From: Balanoglossus misakiensis
Taxonomy: Eukaryota; Animalia; Hemichordata
Length of the DNA stretch: 64,000 bases
Assembly: GCA_040954595.2 (NCBI GenBank)
Contig: CM082579.2
Location: 6,995,625-7,059,624, forward strand
Direction of reading: 5' to 3'
A model generated the notes under the pieces. That model was not told where the DNA came from. It worked only from the letters and a program-made list of their open reading frames with translations, and made no database searches. Shown here one piece after another: positions 1 through 11,418 of the stretch. The position numbers were made by a program, and so were the translations under genes. The stretch's first letter is position 1. The number at the start of each line of letters is the position of its first letter.

Positions 1-49
1 TATGTTCCTTGAAATCTAAGCAGGTGGGAAAGGAATCAGTGAAGGCTAC

Positions 50-1625
50 CTACATTATCTGGCTGTTCGTTCGCCCAATCGATGTCACAGAATGGATGAA
101 AGTGATCGGTTGCATTGAAAGGAGTAAAACCGGTGAAGTTAGTCGTCTTCTCAATAGGGCACCCACTCCAGTGACAACCTTCCTGATAACCCATGTGATT
201 CAGTACCCTGCAAAGTTGACCGCGTTGAATCAAAAGTCGGTGTTTGCAGCAACAAAAAACGTGTTTTGCAAAGTGTGTCTCTCTTGATATGTGTGTAAAA
301 CATGTACTTATAAATGATCTAAAAAACTGACACTTGTGATTTTTGAAGTAAAATCCACGTGCCAAAACGAAGTCGGTTCTCCCGTGGAACTGTTGATTCA
401 TTGGTCATTGTAGCGATGCACATACATTTTCATCATTTACTTCCAACTTGCGCGTTTACCTCACTTGTACTTACAGATCAGCCATGATCCAAACGTCTCT
501 CTCGTGGCACGCCGCAACCAAATCTTTCAGGTTCTGCGCGCTCCCGAAATTAGGGTTGACTTCATAGATATTCTTTGGCCAGTATCCATGGAAACCAAGC
601 TCGGTATTTGCCACAAACGGCGAGATCCATATAGCGTTCATACCTTTTCAACAAAATCATGTCAAACGTGTTACATTTCAGCAATATAGGCCTACGCTTG
701 GCTGATGCTAATCTCAATAGTTACAGATGGTATTCCGCATGTAAAGTGTCTCCTTTACTTTGTCGTTTTAACAACTATAATGACATATATGTTTATAATG
801 ATACGGCACGTCTGTAATCGAAAATACAACACACCGCTGCATACTGAGCATGACAGTTTCAGTCATCACTCTATTGTATGATTGAGAGATACGAGTCATT
901 ACTTGTTTCAGTGTGCTAAATCTGCCAAGTAGCTATACGTGTATTTGATAGCTGGCATACCAAGTCCAGTTATGTAGTCCAAGTTGTTCTCGATGCCTTT
1001 GAATGTGCCACCACAGTATTCGTAAAGTTCCTCACATTCTGTGTCTGGCGACTGTTCGGTGTGTGAGAACCGGTCTGTCAAAATCTGCAAGAACAAAATA
1101 TTAGCTAGTGGGATAGTGTTTATTAGCACAGTGTTACTTATTTACCCAACACAACTTTAATTTATGTCTCGCGATATGCGCGATAGCTTCACAATGGGCC
1201 GTATTTATCTTTTTTGCACTGCAAACATTTTATCCTCAGTAAGATGGTGATAACACGTCATATACAGCTCAACGACGACCCGTTACACGATAGCATTTGA
1301 ATATGGTCATAGTTAGCCAGTGTTAAGACTTCGTGCTACCATGAAGTTATTATAAATTTATTCAGTTGGAAACTGTGTGTGGCACAACTCACTATATGGA
1401 TAAATGTGACTGACAAGCTTGCGGATGTATCGTTCATCGAAGGTAAACAGCACGGGTGAAAATTGCAGAAAACTGTGTGATCGTAATTCACCGAGTCTGT
1501 AGTTCAGAAAAAGAAGTTCAGAAAGGCCCTCTCACCTGGTACACTACGCGGCTTTTCCACTCTTCAGGAGTTTTGCCGAGAGCGACTTGCAAAACGAGCA
1601 AGATGGTTACTGCTTCCCTTAACAT
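50..1625 (-). CDS. Secreted alpha-amylase, GH13 fungal/Dictyostelium-type (Taka-amylase-like); 5' part only, gene continues beyond the left edge
   Basis: Exons 1625-1536 (MLREAVTILLVLQVALGKTPEEWKSRVVYQ: signal peptide plus a Taka-like 'W.SR.VYQ' start), 1084-961 (ILTDRF...YCGGTFKGIENNLDYITGLG), ~643-475 (MNAIWISPF...FHGYWPKNIYEVNPNFGSAQNLKDLVAACHERDVWIMADL) and ~208-50 (VLNHMG...FHPFC). GT-AG junctions keep the frame, and the GH13 region I 'D.V.NH' is present. Confidence 0.92.
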
Positions 1626-2095
1626 GGCTGAAAACTTTTCTGCTACAAATATGGCTCACTAACGAAATCAGCTTAGCACTGACAACTTGAGAAACGCCAG
1701 AGACGGCAATCCGTCAGCGCCGCCTTTGGTCTCGCGAGAACAGCAGGTTCTCGACTCTGAGAACTGGCAGAGTAAGACGCATGGTTCGAGGGCGAAGACT
1801 GCCAATCACAATACGAGGCATGAGCGGGCCTCTGGTAAAGGCAGATGCAACGCGCTGATGGAATAAATTGTTACATTCATGTTCGAACAGGACAAAGTCA
1901 ATTCAGCCAAATATTAAAGGGGTATAGGTTCGCGAGAATATAATAATGACGTAATAATTTCACTCCGAGAGTTGAAATTAAAAACAAGCAGCTGGCGTTT
2001 GAACAGCGCCCCGACCCTAAATCGAGATTATATATATAGCGTGTGCGAAAACAGGCCAATCGTGATGCTAGCCCACAAATAGAGACAATCTCATG

Positions 2096-2149
2096 CATGG
2101 GTAATTTAACAAGGCCTCATATTTTTAGGCCTTTGTTAAATTACCCATG
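2096..2149. repeat. Near-perfect 54-bp palindrome (hairpin), probable collapsed MITE
   Basis: catgggtaatttaacaaggcct (2096-2117) pairs with aggcctttgttaaattacccatg (2127-2149) with one bulged base. Confidence 0.75.
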
Positions 2150-2177
2150 TACAAAACATGACCTTTAGTCATTTTAC

Positions 2178-2325
2178 AAGGACAAAGTCTCTGTTTTAGC
2201 TTTTTTCATGAATTTTGTTTGATATGAAAAGCTGTTTCTATGGTTTAACTACTCGAAATATGATGGAAGTATTCACTGTATCCTTGATATCACAAAAACA
2301 GGCCAAAAACAGAGACTTTGTCCCT
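2178..2325. mobile_element. Degenerate MITE with ~20-bp inverted ends (GGACAAAGTCTCTGTTTT), Kolobok/T2-like terminus
   Basis: aaggacaaagtctctgtttt at 2178 versus aaaacagagactttgtccctt ending ~2325. The same terminal sequence occurs at 29811 and, inverted, at 50673. Confidence 0.55.
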
Positions 2326-3544
2326 TTCAAAGAGATTCGCATATATACGGCGTACATAAAATTGCCCATGCACAAAGAATGGAGGAACAGGTGGACAGAG
2401 TTGCACGCTTAGAGGTTGACACATAAGGGTGGTACATGTACTCCGGTTGACCATGGCTCGCTGGCCTTTCTGGTCTACACTCCGACTGTTTTACTCCCAA
2501 AATGTCACAATATGTTCGACTCTGGGTTGTTGTCATCCACACAACATACAACCTGACATCGACTGGGTGACTATTTCGGCCATTTTCCCCGTTTATAGAC
2601 ACCCCAGTGTCAGGGCAGTATGATCGCAATGAAATACATCAATTAAACACGGGGGCACATTCTGTTCATATCTGGGAAAACATGCCTAGCAGTCTAGTGA
2701 CCTGATCGTCTTTTTGCCAGTTTTAGTTTTAGTTTTGTTCAGACTCGTACACACGGTATGTACTGGTGGTTGAGATAAATATAGAATTGACATGAGTTTT
2801 CATGGAAAACTGCTGAAATTCTGCCAATTACTGGCATAAATCTTATTGATAGCTTTTGTGAGTGTGCTAAAGTACTCACATACATTATATTAAAAAGGTG
2901 GCCAATCAGCAAAGACCACGCTTGGTGTTAAATTTTAGTCTCGAGTCAGCCAAGGACTATTTCTGATCAAACTCACTGCCGGAACGGTCAGATATTTTGT
3001 AATTTATCCACGAACAGCGAAATAGAACTCTTGTCAGCCTCACATGTAGCGGGTAAGTATTCTTTACTATCAATCACGTGATCTGGCAATGTGTCCCATG
3101 GCGCAGTCATTTCCAGATGACGGGCAAGCAATATTTCGGCACCCAGTAAAAGTTTTTCCGAGTATGTTTTTACTTTAGAACCGCCAAACACATAACATGT
3201 ATCGGGTATGTTGTCTCATCAGCCTCATTGCATTTCGTCTGCACAGTCTTTGTCTGCACCACGTAAGTCCACGTTGCTGAAGTTGCCCGTCATCTGGAAA
3301 TTTGAATGCGACCGTAATTGCCACCTGAACGCGTCTGATGTCATTTGATAGCGAAGAATAGGTTTCTGCCGCATCCCAGCTGTTACACTGTCCACCATAT
3401 GCGTTCCATCCATTTACAGCTGCATCTACCTGTACTTGCTTCACCGATATTCAAGATTGTGCTTTTCATCCTCTTTCGTCAACAGAGATGTTTAGCAAAG
3501 TAATGAGCAAACTTAGAGCCGTGGCCAAAGTCCAATGTACAAAG

Positions 3545-3714
3545 TTTTAGTAAAATTTCTGAAAGAGCTATTTCCTCCCACATTTCCAACCGTGTACAGA
3601 ACGCACTTGCTGAAAATCAACTGTCACGAATCTTGATTCACTATTTATCCTAGAGTCATCGACGATCGTGGCAAAGTGGATTCTATTTATTTTGGTTTCA
3701 GCAAAGCTTTTGAC
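3545..3714 (+). mobile_element. Degenerate non-LTR retrotransposon (LINE) reverse-transcriptase fragment
   Basis: Disrupted translation gives SKISERAI, STVTNL and RVIDDRGKVDSIYFGFSKAFD (3652-3714). These match, in the right order, the conserved LINE RT motifs SK.LE, ST.TNL and vD.iylDfsKAFD. Confidence 0.7.
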
Positions 3715-4061
3715 TTTTATACTCTACTCACACGCCGTCATCCCCACTAAACCAAAACGCGGTTGACATAACTTCAGTAATGCCCAGACCCTCAAAACCT
3801 TAAACTTTCACACTAGTCAGAAGTCAACTTGAGTATGACAGTCAAGTCTGGTCTCCACACCAACGGTACCTTGTCATTTCTGTTTCAGGGAGTCATGGCG
3901 TTCAATGGACAGAAAAACATAGCGTTGCACGTCATCAGGACACTGGTCGCTCATTGCATATGTGGCTCTATATATGCAGCTGTGGTGTAAGTACAGCTGA
4001 ACATATTTACCTGAAAACATAGAGAGTGTAACGCTAGCCTCGGCTGTAGGTGTACGTACAA

Positions 4062-4181
<120 letters not shown>

Positions 4182-4281
4182 TTTTTATTTTTTTAAAAAG
4201 CTCATTTGTCGATTGCTATCTAAACAGTATCATCGGTTGTATCATCATTTTGTTTAATATCAAAGGCCTACTGACGGCAGT

Positions 4282-6190
4282 ATGAAGTTACTGATTGATG
4301 CTGACGTAGGCATAGATGATGCAGAAGGAATACTAGTCGCCTTAGGACAGCCTCGTGTCGACCTTGTTGGAATAACGTGTGTCCAAGGCAACGCTGATAT
4401 CGACCAGGTCGCCCAAAATGTACTACGCGTGTTACAAGTGGCCGACAGACTGGATGTAAGTTTGTGCGTGGCGTCAAGTATTATCATTTCTGTCGCTATA
4501 GTTAGACCATGGATGCCACTGTTGAAACACTTATTTATTTTTGTTCGTCTACTTTAAGAGACGCGTTCATGCACAAAAATGAAAAAAAATCGGATTATTG
4601 TTTTATTTATTCGAAAAAAAATGTTTCAGTGTATTTTTGCTTTTTTTTCAATTTTGCACACTAAGCAATGGTATTTGCCGTTGAACATTGAAAAAATAAA
4701 CGCTTATCGTTACAATTGTGATGGTTTCTTGAGCTGGCGTGAATATTTAACTGTGTGTGCGTGCATATGTTTATGATAACAACAAAGAAGAAAGGTGGTG
4801 TGCACATCAACTATTAAAAACATCACTCGTATTTCAGATTCCAGTCTACAAAGGTGCCGTGACATCTCTCTTGGGTGAACAGAAACGAGACGATTTCCAC
4901 GGCAATGATGGGCTGGGTGATGCCCCGGACCCCGATGCACCTGACGTCAGTCTGGTGCAGTCTGAGTACGCTGTGGACGCCCTGATACGATATGCCAACG
5001 AGATGCCGGGGGAACTAACCATTGCCGCCGTTGGTCCACTCACAAACATCGCCCTGGCTATAAAACGCGATCCAACGTTTACGTCAAAATTGAAACAAGT
5101 GATGATAATGGGAGGCAACGTTGAAGGTAGCGGAATCAATTACGAATTACAAAACATTCATGTTGCCGGAAATGTGTCTAAAGTCAGCTGGAAATATAGT
5201 TTGACCCTTAATAAAATGCTATAAACGGTTTCTCAATGGTTTTCTGTGGTATCAAATATCAAAAGTCTGACGACTGGAATGGTGTACTTTTTAAGGCGAC
5301 GCCCAAGATCTCCGCCGCATACCGTATTTTAGAAAACTGCTCGACCAAACCATTGATAAGGGATCAAATAATGAATACAAGTTGTCAAATACAAACAACA
5401 GGCTTTAACTTTTTTTCTTACTCATATTCACACGAGCTCTCTCTATCTCTCTCAGGACAAGGAAACACAAAACCTACAGTGGCTGCAGAGTTCAATTTCT
5501 GGTCCGACCCAGAGGCTGCTTATATTGTTCTTAATGAAATCGACTGTCCGGTGTCCATAGTAACCTGGGAGGTGACCTTACGCGAATACCATAACCCTTC
5601 TGACGTAAGTCTTATGTGATGTGATTTTCTATATAATCGCAGTTATAACCTTTTTTTAAAACTTTACACTTCTTAAAGACTGTTTTCCGATAGATAATAT
5701 AGCCAAGGGGTGTTCTTGTTTTCTTCATGTGTCATTGAGCGGGAAAATTGTTCGTCCGTTGAGATTGAATTGATCTCTGTGAAATTAAACAAATCGAATC
5801 GGACAGTAAATTGAACTGAATTGAACTGAGTTACAAAATTGTGTCGATATTGTCCAGGAATGGTTCATGCAATGGATAGAGGGGCCAACCGCCAAAGCCA
5901 AATTCGTGAAGACCGTTCGACAAAACCAGATTGACGCCGGGATCTTCCGAGACCAGGGGTTTTTCCTGTCGTGCGATGCCATGGCAATCGCCGCGGTCGT
6001 TCAGCCGGATATGGTGAAATCCGACAAGACCGAGACGAAGTTTGCCACGGTGGAGCTGAGTGGGAAATGGACCCGTGGTATGATGGTCATTGACTGGATG
6101 GGCCTGCTGGAGATGAACCCCAACATCGACATCATCATGGAAATAGACAGAAATGTGTACATCCAACTGCTTGAGCAAGCCTTAGAATAG
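4282..6190 (+). CDS. Inosine/uridine-preferring-family nucleoside hydrolase (Ca2+-dependent), 4 coding exons
   Basis: Exons 4282-4455, 4838-5126, 5456-5604 and 5858-6190. N-terminal DxDxxxDD motif (DADVGIDD), plus GN, HGNDGLGD, GPLTNIALA, IMGG, GN..AEFNFWSDPEAA and VELSGKWTRGM motifs. Confidence 0.95.
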
Positions 6191-7905
6191 AATAGAATGC
6201 CAACTGCACATTGTTTGAATTTCATTCTCTAAAAGGCTAGGGGTTGTCATTTCTTTTACTATCAGAAACAAGCAACTAAACATCAGTGTATTTTTTCTTA
6301 AGCAAATATGGTGCTTTCTTGATTGTTAAGGCAGCCATAAACTGCGAATCCAAACGTTCATATTGTCATTTTCTTGGAATTGGCGTAAAAAACAACCCAG
6401 GAAAGCAAATGTTATGTTATTACGCCTGATTTCTGTAGAACTCTTAGGATTGATTATTCTCTGTATTTGGACTGTGGGTACTTCCATATGTTCTATTCAA
6501 ATAAATCAAATATCAGACTAAACACTTTCTAGTTGTCTTTTCATTAGGCACCTACGCTGCAATAATTATCATAATTAGCCCATGCAGATTAAGACACTGA
6601 TCTATACACAAGCATTATAAACCCTATTGCATATGCATGTTTTAACAAGATAAATAATAAAGCTTTGCCGCAAACGAATATGGCCGCCACCGTGGGAAAA
6701 TGCAAGAAACAATGAAAACGTTCCACTTCCGACAATGAAATTTCATAAACAAAGCATTATCTCATCCACTAGAAGTAAATGTACTCCGCTGAGACATTAC
6801 ATTTTCATTTTCATTTCAATATTGCACTTTTTTGAAAATTGTAGGAATTTTCGATTTTCCTTAATTTTTGGTCATTTTGTCATAAATGTTTTTCTTCATA
6901 TACTATCGAGAACATCATAGACCCAGGAGAAAGATGACCGCAGACGCAGCTGCTTCAAACGCCCCAGGATCTGTGGTTGAATCTACGGCGGGCGGGTTGT
7001 ACGTAAACGAACCTCGGCTGACAGTGGGAGTCGAAGAACTACTATAGTATACATGTACATGTATGCTCCACTATCATGACTATAGGCCTGGCTAAGCGGC
7101 CGATAAAACCCGTGGGTGAAAAGGTCAATGAAGACCTATATGTGCTGGCACCATTATCATGTTGCACGGTATTTATTAGCATGAGAATGTGTTCCATGCG
7201 TCACACTCTAGATAATTCCAATGCAATATTGCGAGGAAGAGAAGACTAGTTAACATACTGACCATTGTCCATCATTATAATGTTCAAGCTGGACCACTGG
7301 TATTTGTTACATAACACCGTGTCAACCTTCACAAAACCCTGACCTAGGAATCGAACAAGCGCCTTTGTATACTCCCTCTTCTTTGCGCTTGAAGGTTTTA
7401 CTGGTGTTTACCAGCAGAATCTGCAGAAAGCTATATGCGTAGTTATTGTAGCACTCCATATATACCGCAATCAGACAAGGTTTCTGACTTGACCACTCTG
7501 GTACAGTCAGCTCATTGCATTGGTGCAGGTAAGTGGTTTAGTTTCTGCGTTGGCATCAAACTACACGAGACTTTTAAAGGCGGGGCTATTGAAATAAAAG
7601 TAAAGTGTCGATAGGTGAAGTTGTCTAGAATGTGGAATTTGGAGGTCTGGTGGGCTATGCGAACCCCCAGATCCAAGACTGTTATTTGAAATTGCAGGAC
7701 ATTATTCAAAATTCGGTCAATCATCGGATTTTTTTCGACACGTAAACGGGATTATGGTCAAACAGGTGCATGCAGTAGACCATGGACGTCCATGAGTAGA
7801 CGGACTACTTTGACAAGCCATCTTGTATTTCAGCAGAATTCGCCGAAACGTACTAGTCTAACGGGACGAATAAGAATAAGAAGAACTTCGTCGAAGGAAT
7901 ACGCC

Positions 7906-9491
7906 ATGGATATGAGACACAAGCTGATATCGACCGAGACGCTGGAAGCTATGAAGACGTTCGATGTAAGGGATGATGACACTTGGTTGATCACGTATCC
8001 CAAATCAGGTATGGAAATGGCCTAATGGTGTAGTATGGGTAGCGGTATCGCATTGATGATAAAGAACGTTCTCATAGTAATAATTAAATATTGGTTTGTT
8101 ATTAATGCAGAAAATGGGACAAATTCACATGACAGTTTACGGACCACGAAACTTTCAGGTGTGGCGTCTCCTGAAATAATAGTTTTGTTACGTTTCCAAC
8201 TGCATTCATAGTATCAACTGAGACATAGGCTATGTGTCTGGTATAGGCACTACACTAGTCTTGTAAGTCGTAAAAGAAATTTCGGGTATATTGAATTTTA
8301 CCGACGGCCTTTTAAAATTCAATTCTATTGTCTTTCCCTAGGGACAACGTGGACATCTGAAATCATGAATCGAATCCTGCAAGTCGGAAGAGAGGAGTTT
8401 ATACCGAGTGAGAAATGCTTCTATATGTACCCAGAATTCTCCTTCCCGGATCGAAAACCGCTCAAAGAGGAATTTGACGGGAAGGCTTCTCCTCGTGTTT
8501 TCGTTACTCACCTACCCGGGGAGTACTTGCCCACCCAGTTATGTGATAAAAATTCGAAGGCGAAGGTAAAGTTTAAAGGTGTCGTATGCTATAACCGAAC
8601 GAGATTTCATTTTGTGGTAATCACGTCACCAACAATGCTTTTACAGACAGTGAACAGGAAAAGACACACTTGTTTGACGTATGATTTCTAACTGCGTTGC
8701 GCGTGGAATTAGCACACGTAATTCCTTGAGTGTTACACCAGGCGAAATATTTTATTAGTTCAAGGTTAATTTGCATAATTGATTCTTTCCATTATGAGTT
8801 CGTTCAACGAATTCGTGGTGTGTGTTAATCAACCGGGCATGACTAAACTTGACACTGACTTGAACTTTACGCTTTATTCGTTTTGGTGGTGGTGGCGGTG
8901 TTCATTTACCTAATGGAGCAGCTTTAAACAAGCAAATGAAACGAAATGACAGCCCCTTTCTTTATCGACGTCCAGATCATATACGTACTGCGAAATCCGA
9001 AGGACGTCGCGGTTTCTTATTTCTTCCACCAAAAAGTGGATCCCAATTTGCAGACGTCGTATTCGGAATGGTCCACATTTTACGACGACTTCATTAAAGG
9101 AGAAGGTTCGTTTTATTGTCGTTCTATTATCGTCTGATAGAGCCTTATCGAAATGTTGTGTTGACGTTGTAGTTGAAAATATACACTCAAAAAGGTCATC
9201 GTACAATTTTTACGCAGTGGCATTTGGTAACTGGGCAGACCACGCCATCTATTGGTGGAAGAGGCGCGACCAGGACAACGTTTTATTTTTAACTTACGAG
9301 AATATGTCAAAGGTGGGTACTTTCTGTAATTCGTGATTAGACTTTGCCTTTCCAAATGTTTGTTATAAAGAGGTTGGAAGAGATTGTGTGTTATGCAATA
9401 ACTTCTTCCTAAATCAGAGAGAAGTGACTGCGATATCAAGAAACAACAGAAGCTCCCTGCGGTATTTTTTCTTTTACAATTGACCATACAC

Positions 9492-9522
<31 letters not shown>

Positions 9523-10169
9523 TAGCAAATGTCATTAAAACCCATGTTTGTACCATTTTATGATGGTTGCATCTCCGTAGGACCTCAGAGAAAATGTGAA
9601 ACGGATAATGACTTTTCTCGGGGAGCAGCTGAGCGATGATATGATTAGTGAAATCGAAAAATTATGCAGCTTCGAGAGTATGAAGAAACAAAACATTCAT
9701 GAATTTCTCGTCAAGAACGTATTCAAATCGGATATGAGTCAGAGTCCATTTGTCAGGAAAGGTAAGAATAGCTTTCTTGCTGTCCTAAAGGGGAGGGTCG
9801 TCTGAACTGCTCATGCGCGACTTTTTTTGCTCATAAACGCACCATCAGCATTGTCCACTCTTTAGGAAGGTCCTGCCATAAATACATGTTACACCAAAGC
9901 GAATATGAAGTGAGATATGACACGCAGCGTAACGCTTTTTTGTGTGCAAAAGATCATTGTCTATCGTGAACACAATATCATGTTGTCTCATCACGCAGAT
10001 GCCATATTCAATGTGTTGCTGATTTAGTATTCTCCCTGTTTATGTTTTTAAAACAGGTAAAGTCGCCAGTTGGAAAGAATTCTTCACTGTGGCACAAAAC
10101 GAAGAGTTCGATCACAGAGTGTACCCTGAGTGGATTGGTGACAGTGACATGGAAGTTGAATTTCAATAA
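7906..10169 (+). CDS. Cytosolic sulfotransferase (SULT1-like), 6 coding exons; start codon uncertain
   Basis: Exons 7906-8008, 8342-8565, 8976-9105, 9218-9312, 9581-9761 and 10057-10169. Motifs: 5'-PSB TYPKSGTTW, PRVFVTHLP (catalytic His), 3'-PB RNPKDVAVSY, FGNW..H, LTYE and C-terminal RKGKVASWK..FTVAQNE. Confidence 0.93.
9492..9521. repeat. (CAT)n microsatellite in a sulfotransferase intron
   Basis: About 10 CAT units read directly from the sequence. Confidence 0.9.
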
Positions 10170-10709
10170 CTTGTCATCTTTATAAACCCATTTAGCCACT
10201 ACTGATAGATTTGCAAATATTCTGATAAAATTATGTACTGTGATTTTCAATGTTCGACTTTATTATCCTATGTGCTTCACAGTGGTTATGGTGGAGTAAA
10301 GATCAATGACTTGTATAATCCGAGGAAAGTTAAATCATAGAGAATAATTCACATGATAAAAGGGGATTTTTTTTAATTAAACGACGTACGTATCACAACT
10401 TATTGAATGGTAAAATATAATGTTGAGATGTATTTAATGAAGTTTTACATATAAACAGAATAAATGTAAATCACAATGCAGTAGCTGAGATGAGGTATGA
10501 TTATTGTGTTGTAGAGGAGTGTTAGTATTGATCTGTAGACGAAATAATTACCACGACAAGTTCCATTAAACCGCAAATAGCTGACACTTTCAGAATATTT
10601 TAAAATGACATCAGTTTGGTCATTTAAATGGAAGATTCTAACATTTAAAGTAAACCGAATCCGAAACCGAATCCGAGACTAAATTCAGCATCGTTTTACA
10701 CGGCACACT

Positions 10710-10842
10710 CTGAGCCAATCAGAGCGCTCAACACATTACAATAAGGCGCGCTTTTCGGAAATATTATTTAGACACCTCTTACATGCGAAATATTGGCAGA
10801 TTTGTGAGGAAAATTCTGGGATTTACTGTCAGACGAGTATAG
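10710..10842 (+). promoter_or_regulatory. Probable promoter and non-coding first exon of the HMG-like gene
   Basis: CCAAT box (agccaatcag, ~10713), a GGCGCGC element (~10745) and a strong donor AG|gtaaga at 10842/10843. The next acceptor is at ~11412, just before the ATG. Confidence 0.5.
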
Positions 10843-11418
10843 GTAAGAAAACTGTTATTTTTCCCTTCATTTCTGACATCGCTTTTACATGCGCGACAAA
10901 AATAAATGCTGCTGCCCACTCCTAGTGACTTGACGTTTGTAGCGCCTGCAGTTGGTTTTAAGATGATGAGCGGGATATTTCGGAATTTCTTCTGGCGAGC
11001 ACGGTGTAGTGATCATTTATGAGACGTTGAAAATTGATGTTACATGTTGGATTTACGGAGTCGTCAATATGAAGGAGTTGAAATGGTATTTATTGTCAAA
11101 GAGAATATTGACCTGTCTGAATCCTGGCGGGAAACTTGTCGCCATGGCCACGTTCACTACAGACACACACACAAACAAACAAACAACAAATGGTCGGGCC
11201 AATGAGACAGAGTAGAATATTTGGTCCGGACAATAAATGTGTTGATCTAGTCTTTGGTCAGTTTTACATTTGCATTTGCTCTGAAAAGAATCAAACCAGT
11301 AGTAAACTAAATAAATCAGTGCACACTGAAATAAGTACATGTATTCCTCAATTTCCTGCACAGTTACTGAAATAAAGCATGTGTTTGGTGTGCTGTTAAA
11401 TTGTCTCCACAGAACAAT

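Noticed and set aside
2988-3444. Minus-strand ORFs containing 'GNFSNVDLRGADKDC', reminiscent of endostatin/DUF1554
   Set aside because: The frame is closed by stops immediately afterwards, no splice chain is evident, and the segment overlaps an inverted repeat. Probably a chance match.
6916-6975. Possible catagaccc...ggatctgtg mini inverted-repeat element
   Set aside because: The arms match only partly and there is no target-site duplication.
7335-7365. B-box-like GTTCGATTCC on the minus strand (also an A-box-like stretch at ~8018)
   Set aside because: No cloverleaf and no correctly spaced A/B box pair. At most a SINE remnant, not a tRNA.
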